The position numbers and the translations under genes are program-made. From contig JBHGNT010000014.1 of assembly GCA_043228905.1 (NCBI GenBank), positions 19,654,001 through 19,718,000 of the forward strand: a stretch of DNA of 64,000 bases, given 5' to 3'. This document shows, piece by piece, positions 1-9,245 of the stretch. The notes beneath the pieces were generated by a model. The model did not search any database. It had not been told where the DNA came from and saw only the letters and a list, made by a program, of their open reading frames with translations. Positions within the stretch are counted from its first letter, which is position 1. Each line of letters starts with the position of its first letter. The DNA comes from Azolla caroliniana (lineage: Eukaryota > Plantae > Polypodiophyta).

Positions 1-2668
1 AATGCAAAATGGTTCGGAGGAGCTCGACCTAGAAGCGCTAATACGGGAGGCATGCGAGCTTGTGAAGGTGAAAATCGAAGCCAAAGAAGGGCTTATTTTG
101 GAGTCAGGCCGGAGGCGATTGGAGGATGCAGAGGAAGAAGCCTCCCTAAGCATAGAAGATGGGGCCCTATACGGAGGCCGGGAGAGCGTACGACGTCGAC
201 ATGGGAGAGGGTGCGGAACAAGCAACCCTCTTGCCTTGCGGTGAAGTGACGGCCATGGAGGCCGGTAACTACGGATTCGGGACATGGCAGCCCGAAAAAT
301 CGAGTGGGGAGGAGACAAGCGGCGGTGCCGCGACCTTACACACACCGGCCCTAGGGCTCCGGTGGTCGCCCCGAGTGTCGGCGTGAGACCTAAAGCGACG
401 GGCAGTGGCGGTGGCAAGGCGGGCAACCGAGACGACGACATGGAAGAGATGGCGGCCAGCGTAATCGAGCCTTCCACGATCGGATGCGGGGTAGCCGCGG
501 ACCACGACGTCCGGATGGAAGCGGCTACGGACCGAACGAGCGGCGGTGCCGGGTCCTTACACACACCGGCCCTAGATGCTCCGGCAGTCGGCCTGAGTGC
601 CGGCATAAGACCTAGAGCGACGGGCGGTGGCGGAGGCAAGGCAGGCAACTAAGATGACGACATGGAAGAGACGGCGGCAAGCGTAATCGAGGCTTGCGCG
701 ATCGGAGGCGGGGTAGCCACGGACAACGATGTCCGGACGGATGCAGCTACGGACACAATGAGTGGCAGTGCCGGGTCCTTACCCACACCGGTCCTAGAGG
801 CTCCAGCGGTCGGCCCGAGTGTCGGCGTTAGACCTAGAGCGACGGGCGGTGGCGGCGGTAAGGCGGGCAACCGAGACGACAACGAAGATTATAGCAGACA
901 GAGGCAAGACCCCTCGATACCGGGGCCAGAGGCTACGGCGGTTGCGCTCGAATGCCAACGTAAGACCGAAGAAAAGGGCGGTGGCCGTGAGGAGCCGTGG
1001 CCTGGAGCGAACACGTACGAAGATGAGGATGCGAGGCCCGGAACGGGCATATACAAGAGGAGCGATGGAGAGGTCGGGAGTGGCAAAGAGGAGAGAGTCG
1101 GGGACCGACTCGACCGAAAGACGAAGTGGAAGAAGAGTGAAGCGGGGGCCGGTCAACCGGGCCCAAACCGAAAGAAGCCGGCAAGACCGGGATTGTTTGA
1201 TCGACTCCTTACCGACCGGTGACAGTTACGATCGGAGCCGATTACGGTTACGATGGGAGGCTAACCGGCCACGACGAGTACGGATCAGTGAGAGGTCGAG
1301 AGCAAGAGTGACCCTCCCCACCTATTCTAGAGACTTCGGCGGTTGCGGATCAACATAAGACCGGAGAGACGGCGGGTGGCGGCGAGGAGTCGGAGACCAG
1401 AACGGATGAAGCTACCGGAACGGGTACCCGGTGCGTGAAGATGGACAAGCACGGCCAAGACAGCAAGCTAGAGTTAGAAGGGGCTACGACGACAAAGGAC
1501 GAAGAGACCGACACGGAGGTCGGGTCTACGGCGGATGAGTCCTATAGGAAGGGACGGTGGCGGCAGGCGAACGTGATCGGACGACGGGGCAGAGCGGCAT
1601 GAAGGTATCAAGCCGGCGAGGCGGCTACGGACTGAATCGGACCTACCGGCAAGGTCATGGGCATAAGGAAGTTTGGTCCTATGGAATCCCCACACCAGAC
1701 CGGAGACGCCGGTAGTTCGGCCAGCATGGCAACGTAAGACCGTGAGAGAAGGATCGTGGCGGCGGGAAACGGGACCCGACTACACAGGAGACACGAGAAG
1801 AGTCTGGGAGGGACTCAAACAAAAGACACCTGAATTTCGGCAAGCAACGAAACGACGACTAGTCCTATGGGATCTTCACACCGATCCGAAGACTATGGTT
1901 GTTCAGCCAACGTGGCAACGTAAGACCGAGAGAGAAGGATGGTGGCGGCAAGGAACAAGACCCGGTATCGACAATAGCCAGCAAGACGAAAGTTGTCTAA
2001 GTGCAAACCCCTACCGGCCGGTTACAGTTTCCGAGGGAGCCAATAAGGGCAAGTACGGGCGGTGTGCCAAGCCGGGAAGGGCACACCTAGAGTTGAAGAA
2101 GAATCGTGCAAATGGCCATCGAGGGCTGAATCGGAGCACAACTAAAGGACGGCACGCACGCAGTGGTGCTGGGAACGAGGAAAGGGGTGCGCGACGAACT
2201 ACACGGGTCAGAAACCGGGAAGATATACAGGCCGGAGAAGGATCCTCCATGCCCGCTTTGGAGATCTTAGCGGCTTAGTCGGAGTGGCAGCAACTGGCGT
2301 CGCAAGCCAAGCCCGAGATGACAAGCTGGTGGGGGCGAGGGGACGACGGCGAGCGAAAGGCTTCAACCCGGCGACAACGGCGCAAGACGGAAGAGGGCCA
2401 AGTCGGCTACTACGGGCTACGGGTATTCCTCGAACGCAGAGGACACCCACAAGTGAAAGGGAAACGGTGGTGCCGAGATTTCGCACGCACTGACAATGGA
2501 GACTCCAGCATCCGGTAGCGGCGGCAAAGACGGTGACCAAGACAACGCAGCAACGAACTAAGGCCAAGCGGGCCATTATGGGTGCTCCTCAAGCGGAGGA
2601 CCCCGGACCTACGGCGGATAGCGGAGCGTGCATTCAACCAAGTGAAGGGCCAACAACGAATTACGCGT
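1..2668 (+). mobile_element. Internal region of non-autonomous LTR element B (5' end outside window); decayed paralogue of the element A ORF
   Basis: ORF pieces 2-244, 284-652 and 662-1222 align by eye to the 1417-aa ORF (LDLEALIREAC; SGG..TP.LE....GPS.G.RPRATGGGGGKAGN repeats) but are broken by stops/frameshifts. The region continues at 8342 after the element A insertion. Confidence 0.85.
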
Positions 2669-3351
2669 TGTCGCGTTGTTACGCGCGTGCGTGGAGAAGG
2701 GCGGAACCACGGGGGTCTTGGACTAAGGAGAAGGGGAGAAGGAATAGGACTTCGGAATGGAGCTTAGCACAAGAAGAGAAAGAATGAACAAGAGGAAGAT
2801 GGAGGCAAAATGCTAACAAGATATATTAGAACCGAAAACCGATTACAAAATGGCGGCCGCGTAGGCCGCACCAAACGACTATGATAAACCCGAAACCCTA
2901 ATCCGACGAAGAAGAAAAGAAACCCTAAACGAAACCCTAACCCTAAAACGAAATGGTATACCTCACTCACACTCAAAAATAAGGCAACCCCCACAATGGT
3001 GCTCTTCCTCTCCCTTTATAGCACAAGGAGGGAAGACCGTTACATAAAGGTGCTACAAAATATCCCCTTTCAATCAATGGGGATATTTCCCTTGATTTTA
3101 GGGGAGGTGGGAAGGATGGGTCTTAACTCCCACCTCTACACGAACTACTATGTACCTATCTCTCTCTCTCACGTGGATGTGCGCGCAAAAGCACATCACC
3201 TTTACACTTTACAAATCCTAAGGTGCATTTCTAGCACCACACTTATCACTATCGACAAATAGAAATACAACATCTTGATGTGCAACGTTGCACATCGCGG
3301 GTTTGCTTACTTCGCTCGGTTTTCCGCCTATGGACGAAAATCTTCACGACA
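2669..3351 (-). repeat. 3' LTR of element A
   Basis: Direct repeat of 7659-8341; the only difference found is C3002 vs T7992. Preceded on the minus strand by PPT GGTTAGGTGGGGGCGGA. Confidence 0.95.
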
Positions 3352-3362
3352 TCCGCCCCCAC

Positions 3363-6300
3363 CTAACCGCACATCCACCGGTATGTGCCAAAAGGGGAAC
3401 AAAACGCGAGATTTTCGGCCAAGGCGGCCAACCGAGCCCTTGACAACCTCGTGGGCTTGCCCGGCTTAGTCTTCCACTTCGAGCAAGTCCACCCCGTCCA
3501 CACGAACCACCGTCGCCTTCCGGCCCACCATCTCCGCCGAATGGTCTCGAACCGTTGGCTCCATCCGATCCGCCACACTTGACGACGTTCGCCGAGTCGT
3601 GGCCTCCACCCGATCCGCCACGTCCACCGTGTTTCCTCGAACCACCGTCTACATCCGGACCGCCGTTTCCGATGCCCGCGCTTTCTTCCCCGATCGGTCC
3701 TCCCGAACGCCGTTGCCAACCCTTTGTCCGCCTCGCATATCCTCCGGATCCGCCTTTTTCGCGCCGCGCACCTCGTCGTGCCGACTCTTCTCGCTCCGCG
3801 CTTGCCTTCCGTAGGCTTTCCCCGTACGTCGGTGTCGTCCTCCGAATGCGTGCTCGTGCTTCGGTCCTTCGATGACCCCATCACGCATTTTTCGCCTTCC
3901 CTTTGCTTGCCGTGCTCTCTCGCCGTAGAGCATACCATCGTTCCCGCGCTCGTTGCTTGGCCCTCATGCGGCCGCATTGCACGTTTCGCATTCCGCTCCT
4001 CTTCGCGTACCCTTTCGGAAAGGTACCTTTCTTCCCCGACCTCCGTTTCGCTCGGAGGAACACCCTCTTGGCCCTCTTGGCCCGCTCGACCGCACACATC
4101 CTTCGTGATGTCGTGTTCGTTCTTTTGGGCGCATACATCTTCGTTCTCCGCGACCTCCCGTATGCCTCTCTCGGTGCCTTCATCCGTTGTGGCCTTCGTC
4201 CCCTCGCCGCCACCGTCCGCCACTCTTGGTCTCACGTCGGCACTCGCGCCGATCGCCGGAGTCTCTATAGCCGGTGTGGAGGATCCCTCTCGGGTCTTAT
4301 CTTCGTGGCCGCCGGTCTTAGCCTCTCCGTAGGCCACCTCTTCCCACCAATCTTCCCTAGCATCGTGCCGGGTCTCGTCGTCGCCGCCTTCCTCCTCGTA
4401 TTCGCCTCTCGAAGGCGTGATCCGACCGTCATCTTCGGTCGCTCGATGTGGCTCCTTCGTAGGCATGCTTGTGTCTTGGCCCTCCATCGGCCGTATTGCA
4501 TGCATCTCGTCTCGCTCTTCCGCCGTAGACCCGACCTCCGTGTCGGTCTTCTCCTCCTTTGTCGCCGTAGCCCGTTCCGACACGGGCTCGCCGTCTTGGA
4601 CCCACCCGTCCACCATCTCGTACCGGATATCCGTTCCGGTAACCTCGTACGCTCCGGTCTCCGACTCCTCGCCGCCACCCGCCGTTTCTCCGGTCTTATG
4701 TTGATCCGCAACCGCCGTAGTCTCTAGAGTGGGTATGGAGGGTCTCGTTTGTTTCCGTTTTTCCCCCGAACCATGGTCGTCGTGCCCGGTTAGCCTCCAT
4801 CTCGCGCTTACCGGCTCCCATCGTAACCGTAACCGTAACCGGCCAATCGGTCTCGCCGGCTTCCTTCGGTTTGGGCCCGGTTCGCCGGCCCTTACTCTCT
4901 TCTTCTTCCGTGCCGTATTCCGGTCGGGTCGGTTCCCGACTCTCTCCTCGTTTCCGCTCCGGTCCTCTCCATCGGACCCACCGTATACGCCCATTCCGGG
5001 CCCCGCATACTCGTCTTCGTATGCGCTCTCTCCGGGCCTCACCTCCTCACGGTCACCGCCCATCTCTCCGGTCTCACGTTGGCATTCGAGCACAACCGCC
5101 GAAGTCTCCGGCCCCGACGTCAAGGGGTCTTGCCTCCGTCCGCTCCAATCTTCCTTCTCGATTCCGTTGCCCGCCTTGCCGCCGTCACCTCCCGTCGTAC
5201 TAAGCCTCATGCCGGCACTTGGGCCGGCCATTGGAGCCTCTAGGATTGGTGTGGGTAAGGACCCGGCACCGCCGCTTGTTGTCTCCGTAGCCGCTTTCGT
5301 TCGGACGTCGTTGTCCGCGGCTCCCCCATCTCCGATTCCGTAAGCCTCTAGTATGCTTGCCACCACCTCTTCTTCGCCGTTCTCCGCATCATTTTGTTTG
5401 CCCGCCTTGCCGCCGCCACCGCCCGTCGTTCTAGGTCTCGTGCCGGCACTCGGGCCGACCGCCGAAGCCTCTAGGGCCGGTGTGTGGAAGGTCGCGGCAC
5501 CACCGCTCGCCTCCTCTCCGCTCGATGTTTTGGGCCACCGTGCCCCGAATCTTCCGCCCACTTTCGAAGTGGCGCTCTCCGCTTTGTAGTCACCGGCCTC
5601 ATCCTTGGCCGTCCATTCGCCGCAAGACGAGAGGGTTGCTCGCTCCGCACCCTCTCCCATGTCGTCGTCGTTTCGGTTGCCCGCCTTACCGCCGCCACCG
5701 TCCGTCACTCTAGGCCTCTCGCCGGCTCTCGGGCCGGGGGCCGGAGTCTCTAGGACCGGTGTGTGGAAGGTCGCGACACCACCACTCCTCTCGTCCGTAG
5801 CCACCTCCATTCGGACATCGTCGTCCGTGGCTACCCCGTCTTCGGTTTCGCAAGCATCGAGTATGCTTGCCGCCGCCTCTTCTTCGCCGGTCTCGTCCTT
5901 ATCTCGGTTGTCCGCCTTGCCGCCGCCACCGTCCGTAGCTCTAGGTCTCGTGCCGACACTCGGGCCGACCGCCGAAGCCTCTAGGGCCGGTGTGTGGAAG
6001 GTCGCGACACCGACGCTCGTCTCCTCTTCTTCCTCCATTTCGCAAGCCTCGAGTATGCTCGCGAAATCCTCGTAGAACGTTTCGGGCAACCGCATCCCGA
6101 AACTTCCGCCCACTCTCGAAGTGGCGTCCATCGCTCCGTAGATATCGGCCTCGTCCATGGCCGTTCTTTTTCCCCGAGATGAGACGGTCGCTTGCTCCGC
6201 ACCTTCTCTCGTGTCGACGCCGTGGTCGCCCGCCTTGCCACCGCCACCGCCTTTCACCATAGGTCTTACGCGGGCACTCGGGCCGGCCGCCGTGATCTCT

Positions 6301-7616
6301 AGGAATGACGCGTGTAAGGTCGCGGGACCGCCGCTCGTCGATGTAATGTCCGTAGCCACCTCCGCTCGGACGTCGTTGTCCGTGGCTACCCCGCCTCCGT
6401 ATATGCAAGCATCGGTTATGCTCGCCGCCGCCTCTTCCGCGGTCTCCTTACCGTTGTCTCGGTTGCCCGCCTTGCCGCCGCCACCGTTCTTTTCCCTCGG
6501 TCTCACGCGGGCGCTCGGGCCGGCCGCCGGGGTCTCTTGAACCGGTGCGTGGAAGGTTGCGGTACCGCCGCTTGTCTCCTCCGTACTCGATGATTCGGGC
6601 CACCATGTCCCGAATCCGCCATGTCCGCTCGAATCGGCGATCGCCGCCTCACCGTCCCCGACCTCGTCCTCGGTCGTTCTTTTCCCCCATGTCGAGAGGG
6701 CGGCTCGCTCCGCACCCTCTCCCGTGGTACCGATGTACCATTCTCTTTCGGCCTCCGCATAGGCCCCGTCCTCCATGTGTGAGGAAGCTCCTTCCTCCGC
6801 GTCCTCCGATCCGCTCGGGCCCGACCCCGCAATAAGCCATTCTTCGGCTTCGATTTTCGCCATTACGAGCCCGCACGCCTCCCGTATTAGCGCTTGTAGG
6901 TCGAGCCCCTCCAAACCGGTTCGCGATGAGCTCTCGTCCGGCGGCATGGCGTAGTCGGTCGTCGCTCTCTCTTCTCCCCCGCTCGCGGGCCGTGTTGTGG
7001 CCGACCGCCTCGCCTCATGTTGCCGACACACCCATTCCACTTCGGGCCACTCCTCGGTGAGACCATGCGCCCCATAATCGTCTTGAAGCTCGAGCATGAT
7101 GTCCATCCTCTCCTCATGATGGACCGTCTCCAAAAATAGGAGGACTTTGTCCGCCCCCACCGATCTTCGTTCCCACTCCGAGAGTTGAGAGAAACGACGC
7201 TCGAACTCTCGGAATGCCTCTATTGCGCTCCGATGGCGCCTCGCCGACGCCATCCATCGATCGAACTCTCGCCGACCTCTTACCTCCGATTCCGCGCACC
7301 CGTATGCCTCCATTAGAGCCCCTTCAAAGGACTCCCACGATTCGTGAGCTTCTTGGAGCTCCTTGACCTCCTCGTACTTTGATGCGGCCGCCGCTCGACG
7401 AAAAAACTCTAGCCTCGTCGCTTCGTCCACGCCCATCCCCGTCATTTCCGCATCGTAGGCTCTCAAAAATTTTGGGACCTCCTTCCCATCGAACCGGCCG
7501 ACTAGACGGACCACCCTTTCGACCGCTTGTTGAGCCGCCTCTCGCCTCGCCCTCTTCCGTCCGGCGTCCATCAAGATCTTTGTCATCATCTCCTCGAAGT
7601 CGAAGCCTTCCTCCAT
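3363..7616 (-). CDS. 1417-aa ORF: N-terminal Gag-like domain, acidic Gly/Ala/Thr-rich tandem repeats, Arg/Trp-rich C-terminus
   Basis: Uninterrupted ORF filling PBS to PPT. N-terminus (GRFDGKEVPKFLRAY...LELQDDYGAHGLTEEW) resembles the gag remnant of element C (FLLETDDGLTTD). No PR, RT, RH or IN motifs. Confidence 0.8.
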   Translation of the reverse strand: MEEGFDFEEMMTKILMDAGRKRARREAAQQAVERVVRLVGRFDGKEVPKFLRAYDAEMTGMGVDEATRLEFFRRAAAASKYEEVKELQEAHESWESFEGALMEAYGCAESEVRGRREFDRWMASARRHRSAIEAFREFERRFSQLSEWERRSVGADKVLLFLETVHHEERMDIMLELQDDYGAHGLTEEWPEVEWVCRQHEARRSATTRPASGGEERATTDYAMPPDESSSRTGLEGLDLQALIREACGLVMAKIEAEEWLIAGSGPSGSEDAEEGASSHMEDGAYAEAEREWYIGTTGEGAERAALSTWGKRTTEDEVGDGEAAIADSSGHGGFGTWWPESSSTEETSGGTATFHAPVQETPAAGPSARVRPREKNGGGGKAGNRDNGKETAEEAAASITDACIYGGGVATDNDVRAEVATDITSTSGGPATLHASFLEITAAGPSARVRPMVKGGGGGKAGDHGVDTREGAEQATVSSRGKRTAMDEADIYGAMDATSRVGGSFGMRLPETFYEDFASILEACEMEEEEETSVGVATFHTPALEASAVGPSVGTRPRATDGGGGKADNRDKDETGEEEAAASILDACETEDGVATDDDVRMEVATDERSGGVATFHTPVLETPAPGPRAGERPRVTDGGGGKAGNRNDDDMGEGAERATLSSCGEWTAKDEAGDYKAESATSKVGGRFGARWPKTSSGEEASGGAATFHTPALEASAVGPSAGTRPRTTGGGGGKAGKQNDAENGEEEVVASILEAYGIGDGGAADNDVRTKAATETTSGGAGSLPTPILEAPMAGPSAGMRLSTTGGDGGKAGNGIEKEDWSGRRQDPLTSGPETSAVVLECQRETGEMGGDREEVRPGESAYEDEYAGPGMGVYGGSDGEDRSGNEERVGNRPDRNTARKKKRVRAGEPGPNRRKPARPIGRLRLRLRWEPVSARWRLTGHDDHGSGEKRKQTRPSIPTLETTAVADQHKTGETAGGGEESETGAYEVTGTDIRYEMVDGWVQDGEPVSERATATKEEKTDTEVGSTAEERDEMHAIRPMEGQDTSMPTKEPHRATEDDGRITPSRGEYEEEGGDDETRHDAREDWWEEVAYGEAKTGGHEDKTREGSSTPAIETPAIGASADVRPRVADGGGEGTKATTDEGTERGIREVAENEDVCAQKNEHDITKDVCGRAGQEGQEGVPPSETEVGEERYLSERVREEERNAKRAMRPHEGQATSAGTMVCSTAREHGKQREGEKCVMGSSKDRSTSTHSEDDTDVRGKPTEGKRGARRVGTTRCAARKRRIRRICEADKGLATAFGRTDRGRKRGHRKRRSGCRRWFEETRWTWRIGWRPRLGERRQVWRIGWSQRFETIRRRWWAGRRRWFVWTGWTCSKWKTKPGKPTRLSRARLAALAENLAFCSPFGTYRWMCG

Positions 7617-7636
7617 CTCTTTCTCCCTTGCCGCCC

Positions 7637-7654
7637 TTCACGTCGGGTTCACCA
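7637..7654 (-). other. Primer-binding site, tRNA-Trp type
   Basis: TGGTGAACCCGACGTGAA, 4 nt after the 5' LTR; complementary to the plant cytosolic tRNA-Trp 3' end (TTCACGTCGGGTTCACCA, from memory). Confidence 0.85.
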
Positions 7655-7658
7655 AAGA

Positions 7659-8341
7659 TGTCGCGTTGTTACGCGCGTGCGTGGAGAAGGGCGGAACCAC
7701 GGGGGTCTTGGACTAAGGAGAAGGGGAGAAGGAATAGGACTTCGGAATGGAGCTTAGCACAAGAAGAGAAAGAATGAACAAGAGGAAGATGGAGGCAAAA
7801 TGCTAACAAGATATATTAGAACCGAAAACCGATTACAAAATGGCGGCCGCGTAGGCCGCACCAAACGACTATGATAAACCCGAAACCCTAATCCGACGAA
7901 GAAGAAAAGAAACCCTAAACGAAACCCTAACCCTAAAACGAAATGGTATACCTCACTCACACTCAAAAATAAGGCAACCCCCACAATGGTGTTCTTCCTC
8001 TCCCTTTATAGCACAAGGAGGGAAGACCGTTACATAAAGGTGCTACAAAATATCCCCTTTCAATCAATGGGGATATTTCCCTTGATTTTAGGGGAGGTGG
8101 GAAGGATGGGTCTTAACTCCCACCTCTACACGAACTACTATGTACCTATCTCTCTCTCTCACGTGGATGTGCGCGCAAAAGCACATCACCTTTACACTTT
8201 ACAAATCCTAAGGTGCATTTCTAGCACCACACTTATCACTATCGACAAATAGAAATACAACATCTTGATGTGCAACGTTGCACATCGCGGGTTTGCTTAC
8301 TTCGCTCGGTTTTCCGCCTATGGACGAAAATCTTCACGACA
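7659..8341 (-). repeat. 5' LTR of element A
   Basis: Near-identical to 2669-3351; contains a minus-strand TATAAA near 8005-8010. Confidence 0.95.
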
Positions 8342-8529
8342 GCGTACTACGCAATCGCGGCAATTAACCTATCGACGGGTCGAACGAGCCTACGAGGAGG
8401 CAGGCATGAGGACGACTGGTTTGAAGCGAATGGCGATCCGGAGGACGAAGGGTAAGCGCGGGCCGGTCTTCTCCGGCAAAGAGTCTATTTTGGCGCATAT
8501 CGGTGGATGCGCGGTTAGGTGGGGGCGGA

Positions 8530-9245
8530 TGTCGTGGAGAAAACCGTCCCTAGGCGGAATCAGAGAATATCAGGAGAATCGGCAGAGTGCATCATGTGTA
8601 CTCACCCTTGTAAAAATGTGTGAATAGTAGGAGTCAAGTCGGGACAGAGAATCCCATGTAAGTTGGGATTTATCCCACAATGTAATGCATCCCTCTCCTT
8701 GGTCTATAAAAGGAAGGTAGCGCCCCTTTGTGAAGGGGTTGCCCATTTTGAGTTAGGAGGGTATACCGTGAGGTTTAGTATTCCGTTTATCTTTTCTTCT
8801 TCTTCTTCTTCTTCTTCTTCTTCTTCTTCTTCTTCTTCCCCTTCGTGTTTGCTTAGGGTTTGCTTCCGTTCGGTCTCCTGTGCAAGACCCTGCTCGGTGC
8901 AACAAGCCCGTGAACTCCCCGATCGGCGGCTTCGCAGCAGACGGCTGTTGTAACCTACCTTGGTCCGGCTCGAAGCGGAGGATATATTCTTTCCCTTGTA
9001 ATATACATATTTGCGTATGTCTGTGCATATCGGTGTATTTGGTGGTGTCGGAAGCACAGCCCCTTGCTTCCTATGCATAAGAGTCGGTGTCGCGCGCACG
9101 CTCTCCCTCTCCTTTGTCTCTCTCTCTCTCGCGTTCGGTTGCCTCCGGAGCGCGTCCGGAGTCGGTTTCTTGGCACCCCTTTTCTCCCTAGTCTGAGACC
9201 CTTGTGGTTCCGCCCTTCTCCACGCACGCGCATAACAACACGACA
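8530..9245 (+). repeat. 3' LTR of element B
   Basis: Follows PPT GGTTAGGTGGGGGCGGA; starts TGTCGTGGAG and ends AACACGACA; TATAAAA at about 8705; (TTC)n at 8793-8838. Confidence 0.85.

Larger units (their letters stand above)
2669..8341 (-). mobile_element. Complete, very young non-autonomous Gypsy-type LTR retroelement A (gag-like ORF only, no pol)
   Basis: 683-bp TG..CA LTRs at 2669-3351 and 7659-8341; 4-bp TSD GCGT (2665-2668, 8342-8345); PBS 7637-7654 and PPT 3352-3368 on the minus strand. Confidence 0.95.

Noticed and set aside
2893-2947. Interstitial telomere or chromosome-healing site
   Set aside because: Only a few imperfect units, identical in both LTRs, so they are part of the LTR.
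3724-6540. Chain of same-frame plus-strand Pro/Ser-rich ORFs antisense to the 1417-aa ORF
   Set aside because: This frame shares third codon positions with the long ORF and has several stops; a typical GC-rich shadow frame.
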